DNA from: Deltaproteobacteria bacterium
GTDB taxonomy: Bacteria > Desulfobacterota > BSN033 > UBA1163
Direction of reading: 5' to 3'
Assembly: GCA_037441765.1 (NCBI GenBank)
Contig: JBBIRM010000005.1
Coordinates: 1,520-55,189, forward strand
Length of the DNA stretch: 53,670 nucleotides
The position numbers and the translations under genes are program-made. The number at the start of each line of letters is the position of its first letter. The stretch's first letter is position 1. A model generated the notes under the pieces. It made no database searches and had not been told where the DNA came from. It saw nothing but the letters and a program-made list of their open reading frames with translations. Of this stretch, positions 8,497 to 18,222 are shown piece after piece.

Positions 8497-11400
8497 ATGG
8501 AATTTCATATTTCGCGAAAGGTGCGAGATCTTTACCAGTTTGACGACTCCCTATTCACCCTCAGTGGAAATGTCATCCTACCTAACCTACGTGCATCAAG
8601 ACTGCTTGCCCATAAAATAAATGAGAAGAAGGACTTGATCAATTTCCCCGAAAAAGCGTTCAAACCAGGGCAGATCAATGCCATGGGTTTGATAGATGAA
8701 ATCCTCCACTATATTGTCGGTTTGTATCGCAGGGAAAAAAATTCGCTTGCCATTGAGCAGGCATTAAACTGGCTTTATGAAAAACTGGGCAAGAAAAAAG
8801 TAGACGAGACATTAAGAAGATTTTTGGACGAATTCCCACCAGTGGCTGTTTATCGAGGAGAATTGGAACTGAATCCCTATTTAGAAGGAGAAACGGAAAG
8901 TGTACCTCATCGTCTCATCATATTGGAGGAGATGCTCATGCTCTGGTTAGCCAATATGAATCCTGCCTTTTCTCCCTTCATCGAACTCTTTGATGATACC
9001 CCTTTAAAAGAAGAAACCTCATACTTGGCAATGATTGAAGGACTCTATCAATTCTTTAACACCCAACCCTTCTTCGGTCCAGAACACCAGAATCTGGTGG
9101 ATATGCTTCGGAGCCCTGCTTTATTAGTCCCCCATTCCCTTAAGGGACAGTTGGAGTATATCCGTGATAAATGGGGTTACCTTTTAGGCCCATATCTTTT
9201 AAGACTTCTCAGTGGTCTTGATTTTATAAATGAGGAAGAAATTGCCGAACTGCGAAGAATGGCAATTTGGGAACGCCCATCCGTGGAGGTTTATGAATAC
9301 CTTGGGATGGAGGAGGAACCAGAGCGTTTTAGCCATGACCTCGAATGGATGCCCAGGGTGGTATTGATGGCAAAAAATATTTATGTATGGCTACATCAAC
9401 TTTCTCGAAAATATAAGCGCTCAATCTACAGGCTTGATCAAATCCCTGATGAAGAACTTGACCTCTTGGCCAACCAAGGGTTCACAGGGTTGTGGCTCAT
9501 CGGTGTCTGGGAAAGGAGCCTCGCCTCAAAGAGGATCAAAGAGATCATGGGTGATCCTGATGCTGTGGCCTCAGCCTATTCTCTGTTCGATTATCAGATT
9601 GCAGGTGACCTCGGGGGTGAAGCGTCATTTCAAAATTTTAAAGATCGCTGCTGGAGGCATGGCATTCGGTTGGCAAGTGATATTGTACCAAATCATATGG
9701 GAATTGACTCAAAATGGGTGATTGAGCATCCTGACTGGTTTATTTCATTGGATCACCCTCCATTCCCTTCATATCGTTTCAGCGGACCAGACCTTTCATG
9801 GAGTGAAGAAGTAGGGATTTATATTGAAGACCATTATTATGACCGAAGCGATGCAGCGGTCGTCTTTAAACGTGTGGATCGCAACAATGGAGAGGAGATA
9901 TATCTTTACCATGGAAACGATGGCACCCGAATGCCCTGGAATGATACTGCCCAATTGAATTTCCTGAAAGAAGAGGTTCGCGAGACGGTCATCCAGACCA
10001 TTCTCCATGTTGCCAGAAAATTTCCTATCATCCGTTTTGATGCTGCAATGACCCTAACCAAAAGACATTATCAGCGTCTCTGGTTCCCAGAGCCAGGGAC
10101 AGGCGGGGCCATTCCATCACGAGCAGAATATGGAATGACTAAGGAGGAATTTAATCGACATATGCCTGAAGAATTCTGGCGACAGGTGGTTGACCGGGTC
10201 GCTCAGGAAGTTCCCGACACCCTACTTCTGGCAGAAGCCTTTTGGCTGTTAGAGGGTTTTTTTGTCAGGACTTTGGGAATGCACCGTGTTTATAATAGTG
10301 CCTTTATGAATATGCTCAAAGATGAAGAGAATGCCAAATATCGTTCTGTCTTGAAGAACACACTCGAATTCAATCCCGAGATCCTCAAGCGATTTGTCAA
10401 TTTTATGAGTAACCCGGATGAGGAGACGGCTGTGACCCAATTCGGCAAGGGAGATAAATATTTCGGGATCTGCACTATGATGGTAACTCTGCCTGGACTT
10501 CCCATGTTTGCCCATGGTCAGGTTGAAGGGTTCAGTGAAAGGTACGGGATGGAATATCGATTTGCCAAATGGGATGAACAGCCTGATCAGGAATTGCTCA
10601 ACCGCCATGAGAGAGAGATTTTCCCCCTGATGAAACGTCGTCATCTGTTTTCAGATGTTAAACATTTTTTACTCTACGATTTTTTCACCCCCGAAGGCTT
10701 TGTAAATGAGAATGTCTTTGCTTATTCCAATTGTTACGAGCATGAACGAGCCTTAATCGTCTATCACAATAAATATGATTTCGCATACGGATGGATAAGA
10801 ACTTCTGTTGCCTATTCGGTGAAGATAGACAAAGGCGAGGGACGTCAATTGATTCAAAAAACCTTAGGGGAAGGTCTCGGGTTACATGATGATCCTGCCT
10901 ACTTTTGCATCTTCAGAGACCATGTGAATGGCCTTGAATATATACGCAATTGCAAAGAACTCTATGAGAAAGGGTTATACGTGGAACTGGGTGCCTATAA
11001 ATATCATGTCTTTCTGGACTTTAAAGAGGTTCGGGATAACCAATGGAATCATTATGCCCAAGTAGCACTCTCTTTAAACGGTCGTGGTGTTCCGAGCATT
11101 GAAGAGGTACTTAAAGAGGTCAGATTGCAACCAATTCAAAACGCCTTTAAGGAGTTGGTTAATGCAGATCTAATCCACCGATTGATGGAGGTCCGCGTCA
11201 CTCAACCACAGGGTCAACTTGATCAGATGTTGATAGGAGAAATTGAAAAAATGATGGTTAATCTTCTAAGGCAAATAAAACAGTTCTGCGAAGGGAGAGG
11301 GGACGAGGTGGCGATTGCCCGAGAGGTAAAGCAGAAACTCGAAGCCATCTTATATTTACCCATCATTACCAGTCGATATCCACAGATCCAACCAAAAGGA

Positions 11401-11964
11401 GTCAAGGAGGCGGCAGAATACCTCCATAAAAAATTAACCGATTCGGTTGAGATTTGGGCCACACTTCTTATTTGGCTATTTGTCCATACCCTTGGAAAGG
11501 TGGTAAGCCAAAGGGATTTCGTAGAACGAAGTTATACACTCATTGACAAATTTAGACTGGATGAAATCATAAGAGGGGTTCTCAAGGATCTGGAGTTTGA
11601 GGAGAGACTTATCTGGAGATCTTTACTGCTGATCAAAATTCTCACTTGCCATCAGAGATGGTTTGAGGATGAGAAAGCCGTCAGAGCATTAGAAAAAATC
11701 TTTAAGGATAACAAAGCACAATATTTTTTAGGAGTAAATCAATATGACGGTATTTGGTGGTTCAAAAAAGAATCCTTTGAAGAACTTCTCTGGTGGTTGT
11801 TGCTTATCTCAGCCATTGAAATCGGGTTTGATCCTCTTCGTCCAATCAACGAGATGATGAAAAAATTGGAGATGTGTTGGTCAATGATTGAGAAACTTCA
11901 GGAAGCCAAGACCTACTCCGAATACCAAGTTGAAAAACTGCTGGAGACCCTGAGGAAGTTTTAA
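8497..11964 (+). CDS. Large (about 1155 aa) GH13 alpha-amylase-family protein with long N- and C-terminal extensions
   Basis: GH13 conserved regions are readable: DIVPNHMG (I), IIRFDAAMTL (II), LLLAEAFW (III), FVNFMSNPDEE (IV, with Pro where His is usual). SD AGGAGG at 8486-8491 sits before ATG 8497. Confidence 0.75.
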   Translation: MEFHISRKVRDLYQFDDSLFTLSGNVILPNLRASRLLAHKINEKKDLINFPEKAFKPGQINAMGLIDEILHYIVGLYRREKNSLAIEQALNWLYEKLGKKKVDETLRRFLDEFPPVAVYRGELELNPYLEGETESVPHRLIILEEMLMLWLANMNPAFSPFIELFDDTPLKEETSYLAMIEGLYQFFNTQPFFGPEHQNLVDMLRSPALLVPHSLKGQLEYIRDKWGYLLGPYLLRLLSGLDFINEEEIAELRRMAIWERPSVEVYEYLGMEEEPERFSHDLEWMPRVVLMAKNIYVWLHQLSRKYKRSIYRLDQIPDEELDLLANQGFTGLWLIGVWERSLASKRIKEIMGDPDAVASAYSLFDYQIAGDLGGEASFQNFKDRCWRHGIRLASDIVPNHMGIDSKWVIEHPDWFISLDHPPFPSYRFSGPDLSWSEEVGIYIEDHYYDRSDAAVVFKRVDRNNGEEIYLYHGNDGTRMPWNDTAQLNFLKEEVRETVIQTILHVARKFPIIRFDAAMTLTKRHYQRLWFPEPGTGGAIPSRAEYGMTKEEFNRHMPEEFWRQVVDRVAQEVPDTLLLAEAFWLLEGFFVRTLGMHRVYNSAFMNMLKDEENAKYRSVLKNTLEFNPEILKRFVNFMSNPDEETAVTQFGKGDKYFGICTMMVTLPGLPMFAHGQVEGFSERYGMEYRFAKWDEQPDQELLNRHEREIFPLMKRRHLFSDVKHFLLYDFFTPEGFVNENVFAYSNCYEHERALIVYHNKYDFAYGWIRTSVAYSVKIDKGEGRQLIQKTLGEGLGLHDDPAYFCIFRDHVNGLEYIRNCKELYEKGLYVELGAYKYHVFLDFKEVRDNQWNHYAQVALSLNGRGVPSIEEVLKEVRLQPIQNAFKELVNADLIHRLMEVRVTQPQGQLDQMLIGEIEKMMVNLLRQIKQFCEGRGDEVAIAREVKQKLEAILYLPIITSRYPQIQPKGVKEAAEYLHKKLTDSVEIWATLLIWLFVHTLGKVVSQRDFVERSYTLIDKFRLDEIIRGVLKDLEFEERLIWRSLLLIKILTCHQRWFEDEKAVRALEKIFKDNKAQYFLGVNQYDGIWWFKKESFEELLWWLLLISAIEIGFDPLRPINEMMKKLEMCWSMIEKLQEAKTYSEYQVEKLLETLRKF

Positions 11965-11984
11965 TTAAAACCCCCAATCCCCAT

Positions 11985-13139
11985 TCAATAGAGGCCAGCC
12001 CAAGTTAGGGTCCAATCTCCGAACTTTTCGTTTACCCGATCCATTGCCCTAAGGAGATTTTCCTTCTTATTCGGTTTTTCAAAGAGGTCTAATTGGTATC
12101 CCTCTTTTTTCAATTCAGACATCCCAACTCCTAAAAGTCTAATCGGTTTGGGGTGGTTAATCGACTCAAAGAGCTCCAACGCATGCTTAAATATTTCATT
12201 ACCGCTATTCATCCATTGGGAGAGGGTCTTTTGTTTGGAAAAGGTAAAAAAATCTGAGTAACGGATAGTAATGGCAATCCTCCTTCCATAAAACCCTTCA
12301 ATTCTCATCCTTCTTGAGACCTTCTCGGAAAGCAGTAAGAAGACTTTCTTAATCCTTTTCAGGTCAGAGGTATCCTCTTCAAAGGTAACACTATGGCTTA
12401 TAGATTTTGGATCTCCCTCTTCCTCAAAGGGAACAACAGGGCTATCGTCTAAACCTAAACCCATCTCTTTGAGTCTTTCGCCAAGGACCCCAAACCTTTC
12501 TCTTAAGACAGAGGTAGAAACCCTCCCCAACTGCCCACAGGTAAATATCCCCATTGAATTCAAAGTCTCTTTCAGTTTTGGACCAATCCCATTGAGTTTC
12601 TCCACAGGGAGGTCTCTGAGGATTTCCTCAACCTCTTCATCTTTAATTATCATTAAGCCATCGGGTTTCTGGAGACGGCTTCCCAACTTTGCAAGAAGTT
12701 TATTGGGGGCGATACCAATGGAGCAGGTTAATTTTTCCTCATTTCGAATTCTCTCTTTTATCAATTTGCCAATATGGAAAGGTGTTTTAAAGAGAAGGAT
12801 AGAATCTGTGATATCAAGATAGGCTTCATCAATAGAGGCGATTTCTACAAGGGGGGTGTAATTTTTAAGGAGAGTAAAAATTCTGGAGGCTGTCTCTGTA
12901 TATTTTGAATGGTCCCCTTCAACCAGAATCAAATGTGGACATCTCCTCTTGGCTTCTTGAACAGAGATCCCTGCCCTAATCCTATAAGACCTTGCTTCGT
13001 AGTTAGCCGATGTTATGACACTTCGAGGAAGGGACCCGCAAACCGCTGCTGGCTTTCCTTTAAGTGATGGATCATCCCTCTGCTCTACAGAGATAAAAAA
13101 GGCATCCATGTCGATGTGTAAAATAATTCGATTAACCAT
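11985..13139 (-). CDS. dinB: DNA polymerase IV (Y-family)
   Basis: ILHIDMDAFFISVEQRDDP ... SIDEAYLD motifs; 384 aa; starts 9 nt after the lexA stop. Confidence 0.9.
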   Translation of the reverse strand: MVNRIILHIDMDAFFISVEQRDDPSLKGKPAAVCGSLPRSVITSANYEARSYRIRAGISVQEAKRRCPHLILVEGDHSKYTETASRIFTLLKNYTPLVEIASIDEAYLDITDSILLFKTPFHIGKLIKERIRNEEKLTCSIGIAPNKLLAKLGSRLQKPDGLMIIKDEEVEEILRDLPVEKLNGIGPKLKETLNSMGIFTCGQLGRVSTSVLRERFGVLGERLKEMGLGLDDSPVVPFEEEGDPKSISHSVTFEEDTSDLKRIKKVFLLLSEKVSRRMRIEGFYGRRIAITIRYSDFFTFSKQKTLSQWMNSGNEIFKHALELFESINHPKPIRLLGVGMSELKKEGYQLDLFEKPNKKENLLRAMDRVNEKFGDWTLTWAGLY

Positions 13140-13148
13140 AAACCCTCT

Positions 13149-13760
13149 TTATATTTTCCTAAATATCCCTATCACTTTCCCAATGATGGTAAATTTATTA
13201 TCTCCTTTTTTTACCACTATGGGCTCCATCCTCGGATTAGCAGGTTCAAGGCGGATGAAATCCCTCTCTTTAAATATTCTTTTGATCGTTGCCTCATCTT
13301 CGATCAATGCCACAACAATCTCCCCACTCTCCGCATCGGATTGTTGTTTAACCAAGGCAAAATCCCCATCCTGAATATGAGCATCAATCATACTCTCCCC
13401 ACGAACACGGAGAAGAAAGACATTCTCAGAATTTACAAGATTTCGATCGAAGTTGAGGTATCCCTCCAAATTTTCAATTGCAAGGATTGGTTCTCCTGCT
13501 CTTACCCCTCCAATAATTGGAATCGCCACCACCCCTCCAGGCGAAAACCCGAGAATTTCAATTGCTCTTGATCCCCCTGGAACTCTTCTTATAAATCCCT
13601 TTTTCTCAAGAATATTGAGTATTTTTTGTGGCCCCCTTGGACTTTTAAGCCCAAAATGTTTGGCTACTTCCCTTAAGGTAGGCGGAAATCCTTTTTTAAG
13701 GATAAAATCCCTTAAAAAATCCAATACTTCCTTCTGTTTTTTCGTTAAGTTATCTCTCAT
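13149..13760 (-). CDS. lexA: LexA repressor
   Basis: wHTH (LTKKQKEVLDFL ... PPTLREVAKHF), Ala-Gly cleavage site (VRAGEP), S24 peptidase Ser (RGESM) and Lys (ATIKR). The start is probably ATG 13760 (MRDNLTKKQ); the track start at 13790 lies inside the operator palindrome. Confidence 0.85.
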   Translation of the reverse strand: MRDNLTKKQKEVLDFLRDFILKKGFPPTLREVAKHFGLKSPRGPQKILNILEKKGFIRRVPGGSRAIEILGFSPGGVVAIPIIGGVRAGEPILAIENLEGYLNFDRNLVNSENVFLLRVRGESMIDAHIQDGDFALVKQQSDAESGEIVVALIEDEATIKRIFKERDFIRLEPANPRMEPIVVKKGDNKFTIIGKVIGIFRKI

Positions 13761-13770
13761 TTCCCTCATT

Positions 13771-13788
13771 GGTATACATATGTATACC
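13771..13788 (-). promoter_or_regulatory. Perfect 18-bp palindrome, candidate LexA operator (SOS box)
   Basis: GGTATACATATGTATACC equals its own reverse complement. It overlaps the -10 region of the lexA promoter and ends about 10 nt before the lexA start. Confidence 0.55.
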
Positions 13789-13807
13789 ATTTTTAAAAAA
13801 ATGTCAA
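13781..13807 (-). promoter_or_regulatory. Candidate sigma70 promoter of lexA-dinB
   Basis: On the minus strand: TTGACA (13807-13802), a 15-nt spacer ending in TGG (extended -10-like), then TATACA (13786-13781). Confidence 0.45.
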
Positions 13808-13898
13808 GGGAAAATTATCGAACCTTCTAAAAATATTAAAAATTATGGTATGTTCGAAAAGAATGCTTAAGGCGCAAATTAAATTAAGCAATTATAAA

Positions 13899-13933
13899 AT
13901 AAGCACTTGAACCCTGAAATACTCGAATCCTTT
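13899..13933 (-). repeat. Short dispersed intergenic repeat, copy 2
   Basis: ATAAGCACTTGAACCCTGAAATACTCGAATCCTTT is similar to 6125-6159. It lies 3' of the 240-aa gene. Confidence 0.45.
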
Positions 13934-13968
13934 TTAGTACCTAAATTGGGGAGAACATAATTTATAAA

Positions 13969-14691
13969 TTATGGAGGTAGAGGAAAGTAAATTAACTCGA
14001 AAAGGGATGAAAAGGATTCCAAATTCTCCTCGATTTCTGCTTGGAGAAGTTGAGAGAAGGTATCCAAGATGACAACTGCATTACTGGGTGCATCTCCTTT
14101 ACTTTTTGTCTCCCGGATAGCAGAGGAAATCCTGTTGCAAATGCCTCGATTAACTTTCTGAACCATAGAATATGCTCGATCAAGAAGGTCCAATGATAAA
14201 TCCGGCTGTCCCCTCCTCTTTGCAATAAAATATTGGCTCAAAAGATGCAGCGAAATGGAGCGAATGATGGTCTCCTCCTCAGTTGAAAAAGGGAGATGAA
14301 ATCTCGCCATGGGCTTAAGGAAGTCCATAACTGGGCAATTACTTGTGGCCATAATGATTCCAAAGATAGAGGAAAGGCCTTTTTGAACAGGGCACTCTTT
14401 CCAATAGTTTCTTTCTGCTGTGTAAACGGTGATCCGAACAGTCTCAGTAGACTCGATCTCTTTGAAATGTTCGATCAGATCAGAAATATTTGCTGCAATC
14501 GGGCAATAAGGCTCTTTCTCTTTTATAAGCGGGCATCCGTCACAAGGGTAGTGCTCCAGTTTTGTCCAGGGTGGAAGAGGCGACTTTCGCTCTGAGATTA
14601 GAGAGATTTTCTCTCTATCCAGTTTTAGGGGATAGAAATACTTCTTTCCATCTTGAAATTCAAACTCATAAGTAATGTTGATGGTGGACAT
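13969..14691 (-). CDS. Conserved-looking hypothetical protein with a Cys motif (240 aa)
   Basis: Long ORF, co-directional with and 57 nt downstream of the E2 gene. It contains HYPCDGCPL ... YCP plus further Cys residues. I recognise no family. Confidence 0.5.
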   Translation of the reverse strand: MSTINITYEFEFQDGKKYFYPLKLDREKISLISERKSPLPPWTKLEHYPCDGCPLIKEKEPYCPIAANISDLIEHFKEIESTETVRITVYTAERNYWKECPVQKGLSSIFGIIMATSNCPVMDFLKPMARFHLPFSTEEETIIRSISLHLLSQYFIAKRRGQPDLSLDLLDRAYSMVQKVNRGICNRISSAIRETKSKGDAPSNAVVILDTFSQLLQAEIEENLESFSSLFELIYFPLPP

Positions 14692-14748
14692 AACATTTTA
14701 AGAATGAAAAATAAACTAAGATGTTTCAATTGGGGTTCAGTACCCATT

Positions 14749-15996
14749 TCAAGTTTCTAAGAGGATAAGATCTGGATCTTCGAGGCGAGCGATAACGGTA
14801 TTAAGAAACCTTGCCGCCTCTGCACCATCCACCACACGATGATCGAAAGAGAGGGCTAATGGAAGGATCTTTCGGATTACCACCTTACCACCCCTTACCA
14901 CCGGCACTTCTCTGATTTTCCCCACGCCAAGAATGGCTACCTCCGGATAATTGATAATTGGAGTTCCGTAAATTCCTCCTAAGGCTCCATAGTTGGTGAT
15001 AGTAAAGGTTCCTCCCTTTAGGTCTGCCAGATCGATTGTCCTATTTCTTGCCTTCTCCGCCAACTGAGTGAGTTCTTGACCTATTTGGAGGATCGATTTG
15101 TCTTTAGCATTCTTCACTACGGGAACCATTAATCCTTCAGGGGTGTCAGTGGCAAAGCCAATATTATAGTACTTTTTTAGAATAATCTCTTCATTCTCAT
15201 CATCTAAGGTAGCGTTGAGATAAGGGTGTTCTATCAATCCGGCCACAACAGCTTTTACAATAAATGGAAGAATTGTGAGTTTTATCCCTTTCTTTTCCGC
15301 TACCTTCTTTTCCTTCTCCCTGATCACCCACAACTCCGTTACATCCGCTTCATCTATCGTGGTGACATGTGGTGCGGTATATTTCGATCTGACCATGGCC
15401 TTTGCAATGGATCGCCTTATCCCTCTAAGAGGGACATGCTCCACATATCCATAGAGGTCATATTTCTTGACCTTGCTGATCTTTATTTCCTGATCTAAAG
15501 GCTTTTCCTTAGTCTCTGCAAAAAGTCGGACATCCTTTTCTAAAACCCTTCCCTCAGGACCTGTCCCTTTTACTCGGTTAATATCTACTCCCAATTCTTT
15601 TGCCAGGGCCCTAACCGCAGGGGTTGCCAATACATGTTCCCTGAGAAAAGACGGTTTTACTTCTGTTTGAATGGAAGGAATCTCTTCAGGAGCCTCCTCA
15701 AGTTCACCTACCACTCCAACCGATTTGGGCTTTTGGGGTTGTGGTTCGAAGACCTCCCCTTTTTCGCCGATAATAACGATTACCTGACCTACTTTTACAA
15801 TCTCTCTCTCTCTTGCTAATATTTTGAGAATAACCCCTGTCTTTGGAGAAGGGATCTCTGCAAGTGCCTTATCAGTTTCAACTTCAACAAGGGGATCGCC
15901 CTCTTTTACTTCATCTCCTTCCTTAACAAGCCAGCGAACAATCTCTCCCTCGGTCAACCCCTCGCCAATGTCAGGAAACTTAAATTCAAATGGCAT
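14749..15996 (-). CDS. Dihydrolipoamide acyltransferase (E2) of a 2-oxoacid dehydrogenase complex
   Basis: Lipoyl domain (VETDKALAEIPSP), E3/E1-binding domain (ATPAVRALAKELGVD) and catalytic domain with DHRVVDGA. Confidence 0.9.
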   Translation of the reverse strand: MPFEFKFPDIGEGLTEGEIVRWLVKEGDEVKEGDPLVEVETDKALAEIPSPKTGVILKILAREREIVKVGQVIVIIGEKGEVFEPQPQKPKSVGVVGELEEAPEEIPSIQTEVKPSFLREHVLATPAVRALAKELGVDINRVKGTGPEGRVLEKDVRLFAETKEKPLDQEIKISKVKKYDLYGYVEHVPLRGIRRSIAKAMVRSKYTAPHVTTIDEADVTELWVIREKEKKVAEKKGIKLTILPFIVKAVVAGLIEHPYLNATLDDENEEIILKKYYNIGFATDTPEGLMVPVVKNAKDKSILQIGQELTQLAEKARNRTIDLADLKGGTFTITNYGALGGIYGTPIINYPEVAILGVGKIREVPVVRGGKVVIRKILPLALSFDHRVVDGAEAARFLNTVIARLEDPDLILLET

Positions 15997-16031
15997 AATA
16001 CCTCCTATAATACAATACCAAATGTCAAAGT

Positions 16032-17009
16032 TCAGAAGCTCATCACCTTTTTTACGGCCATCACAATCCTCTTAGGATTGGGAAGATAGTAATGTTCAGA
16101 TTTTAGTAAGGGAACAGGTATATCAAATCCTGTCACCCTCTCGATGGGTGCTTGAAGAGAGAGAAGTGCCTTCTCATTGATCTGGGCAATAATCTCTGCA
16201 CCCAAACCACAGGTCTTGGGTGCTTCATGAACAATCACTCCTCTTCCTGTTTTCCTAATAGAATTCACTATAGTCTCAATATCCATTGGAAAGACGGTTC
16301 TAAGATCAATGATCTCAACATCAATATTATCCCCTCTCAACTTTTCAGCTGCACTGAATACCTCCCTCACCATTGCCCCCCAGGCAATCACTGTTACGTC
16401 TTTCCCCTCCTTAATCAACCTCGCCTTACCAATAGGTATGGTATAATCCCCTTCAGGAACTTCTTCCCGAATTGCACGATAGATTCGCTTTGGCTCAAGG
16501 AAAAGAACAGGGTCTGGATCTCGAATGGAAGAGATAAGAAGTCCTTTGGCCTCATAGGGAGTGGAGGGGATAACAACCTTTATCCCTGGAGTGTGTGCTA
16601 AGATCGCCTCTGGGCTTTCAGAATGATGTTCAGGAGCATGAATGCCACCTCCATAAGGAACTCGAATGACCATCTGGCAGGTGAATCTTCCTCTTGAGCG
16701 ATTTCTTATTCGACCAATATGGTTGGTAATCTGATCAAGACATGGATAAAGAAACCCATCAAACTGAATCTCTGCGACAGGCCGAAGTCCATTGAGAGCC
16801 ATTCCCATGGCTGTTCCAACAATGCCTGACTCTGCCAGAGGTGTATCAATAACCCGCTCAGGTCCAAACCTTTCTTGAAGCCCGTCGGTAACTCGGAAAA
16901 CCCCTCCTTCTCTCCCCACATCTTCACCCAGGATCACAATCCGATTGTCCCTTTCCATCTCCTCTAGGAGAGCCATATTAATTGCCTCTACCATATTAAG
17001 TTTACTCAT
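16032..17009 (-). CDS. 2-oxoacid dehydrogenase E1 beta subunit (PDH/BCKDH/acetoin type)
   Basis: Transketolase-like pyrimidine-binding and C-terminal domains (ILGEDVG ... GGVFRVT ... RVIDTPLAE); 325 aa. Confidence 0.9.
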   Translation of the reverse strand: MSKLNMVEAINMALLEEMERDNRIVILGEDVGREGGVFRVTDGLQERFGPERVIDTPLAESGIVGTAMGMALNGLRPVAEIQFDGFLYPCLDQITNHIGRIRNRSRGRFTCQMVIRVPYGGGIHAPEHHSESPEAILAHTPGIKVVIPSTPYEAKGLLISSIRDPDPVLFLEPKRIYRAIREEVPEGDYTIPIGKARLIKEGKDVTVIAWGAMVREVFSAAEKLRGDNIDVEIIDLRTVFPMDIETIVNSIRKTGRGVIVHEAPKTCGLGAEIIAQINEKALLSLQAPIERVTGFDIPVPLLKSEHYYLPNPKRIVMAVKKVMSF

Positions 17010-17063
17010 TGACTATCCCTCCTTCGAAGATAAAGTGATCGTGTCTCTTACAGGCAGAAGACC

Positions 17064-18137
17064 TTATTTCAAACTCTCTTTTAAATACTCCATCTGTTCC
17101 TTTAGTTGAGGGGGAATCTGCTCAAAGACATATTGAAAGATTTCTTCTACTTCAGGGTTTGGAACCGATTCGGCCTCTCTGACCACTTGATCAATCTCCC
17201 TTTGAGCATCTTCATTTAAACTCTTTTCAACATCCTCATCCCATAGTCCTTTCCCTTTCAGATAGAGCCTCAATCTTACCAACGGATCCAGTGGCCTCCA
17301 GGGTTCAATCTCCTCTTCGGTCCTGTATTTGGTCGGGTCGTCTGCGGTGGTGTGGGGCCCAAATCGGTAGGTTATGCACTCGATCAGTGTGGGACCATCT
17401 CCTGATCGGGCCTTTTCTACAGCCTCTCTGGTTGAAACAAAAACGGCAAAAAGGTCATTCCCGTCCACCTGAATTCCATCAAATCCGTAGGCAATCGCCT
17501 TCTGGGCAATCGTTTTAGATGCGGTCTGCATCTTCCTCGGGACAGAGATTGCAAATTGATTGTTCTGACAAAGAAAGATTGTGGGAGTCCGAAATACCCC
17601 TGCAAAATTCATTGCCTCATGAAAATCACCTTTTGATGTAGCGCCGTCACCAAAGTAAGCGATGGTAACAATCTTTTCCCCTTTCAGTCTTGCAGCCCAA
17701 CCAACCCCAACCGCATGTAGTGGATGGGTCCCTACAGGGATTGAAACAGGTAACACATTGATTCCTTCTGGGGCATGGCTTCCCATCTCATTTCCCATCC
17801 AATAAAGAAAGATATTCATTAAAGGAACCCCCATCATCCATGTGGCTCCCAGCTCCCTGAAGGCAGGGAAGATCCAGTCTCCTTTTTGAAGGGTATAAAC
17901 ACTTCCCACCTGGCAGGCCTCTTGACCCCAGATGGGCGCATATGTTCCCATTCTACCTTGCCTCTGAAGCATCAGGGCCCTTTGATCTGCCAATCGAATG
18001 AAAAGCAACTTTTTATAGAGGTTAAATGTCTCTGGATCGCTAAAAGGAGGCTCTATATCCGGGGAAAGGGTTCCATCAGGCCTAAGGATCTGAAACATCT
18101 TCCCCTTCAATGGGTGGTACTCTTCAAATAAACCCAT
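17064..18137 (-). CDS. 2-oxoacid dehydrogenase E1 alpha subunit (TPP-binding)
   Basis: TPP motif YFGDGATSKGDFHEAMNFA ... FLCQNNQFAIS; 357 aa. Confidence 0.9.
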   Translation of the reverse strand: MGLFEEYHPLKGKMFQILRPDGTLSPDIEPPFSDPETFNLYKKLLFIRLADQRALMLQRQGRMGTYAPIWGQEACQVGSVYTLQKGDWIFPAFRELGATWMMGVPLMNIFLYWMGNEMGSHAPEGINVLPVSIPVGTHPLHAVGVGWAARLKGEKIVTIAYFGDGATSKGDFHEAMNFAGVFRTPTIFLCQNNQFAISVPRKMQTASKTIAQKAIAYGFDGIQVDGNDLFAVFVSTREAVEKARSGDGPTLIECITYRFGPHTTADDPTKYRTEEEIEPWRPLDPLVRLRLYLKGKGLWDEDVEKSLNEDAQREIDQVVREAESVPNPEVEEIFQYVFEQIPPQLKEQMEYLKESLK

Positions 18138-18222
18138 GGATTTTCCTTTCCATCTTAAGAATTTAGGAATTTATGATTTTTTTATTTCCAATTTAGAATC
18201 TCCAATCTGAAATCTACAATTT

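Noticed and set aside
13818-13857. The inverted repeat TCGAAC ... GTTCGA upstream of the lexA promoter as a Gram-positive-type (Cheo) SOS box.
   Set aside because: The half-sites are 28 nt apart instead of 4. The perfect palindrome over the -10 region is a much better operator candidate.
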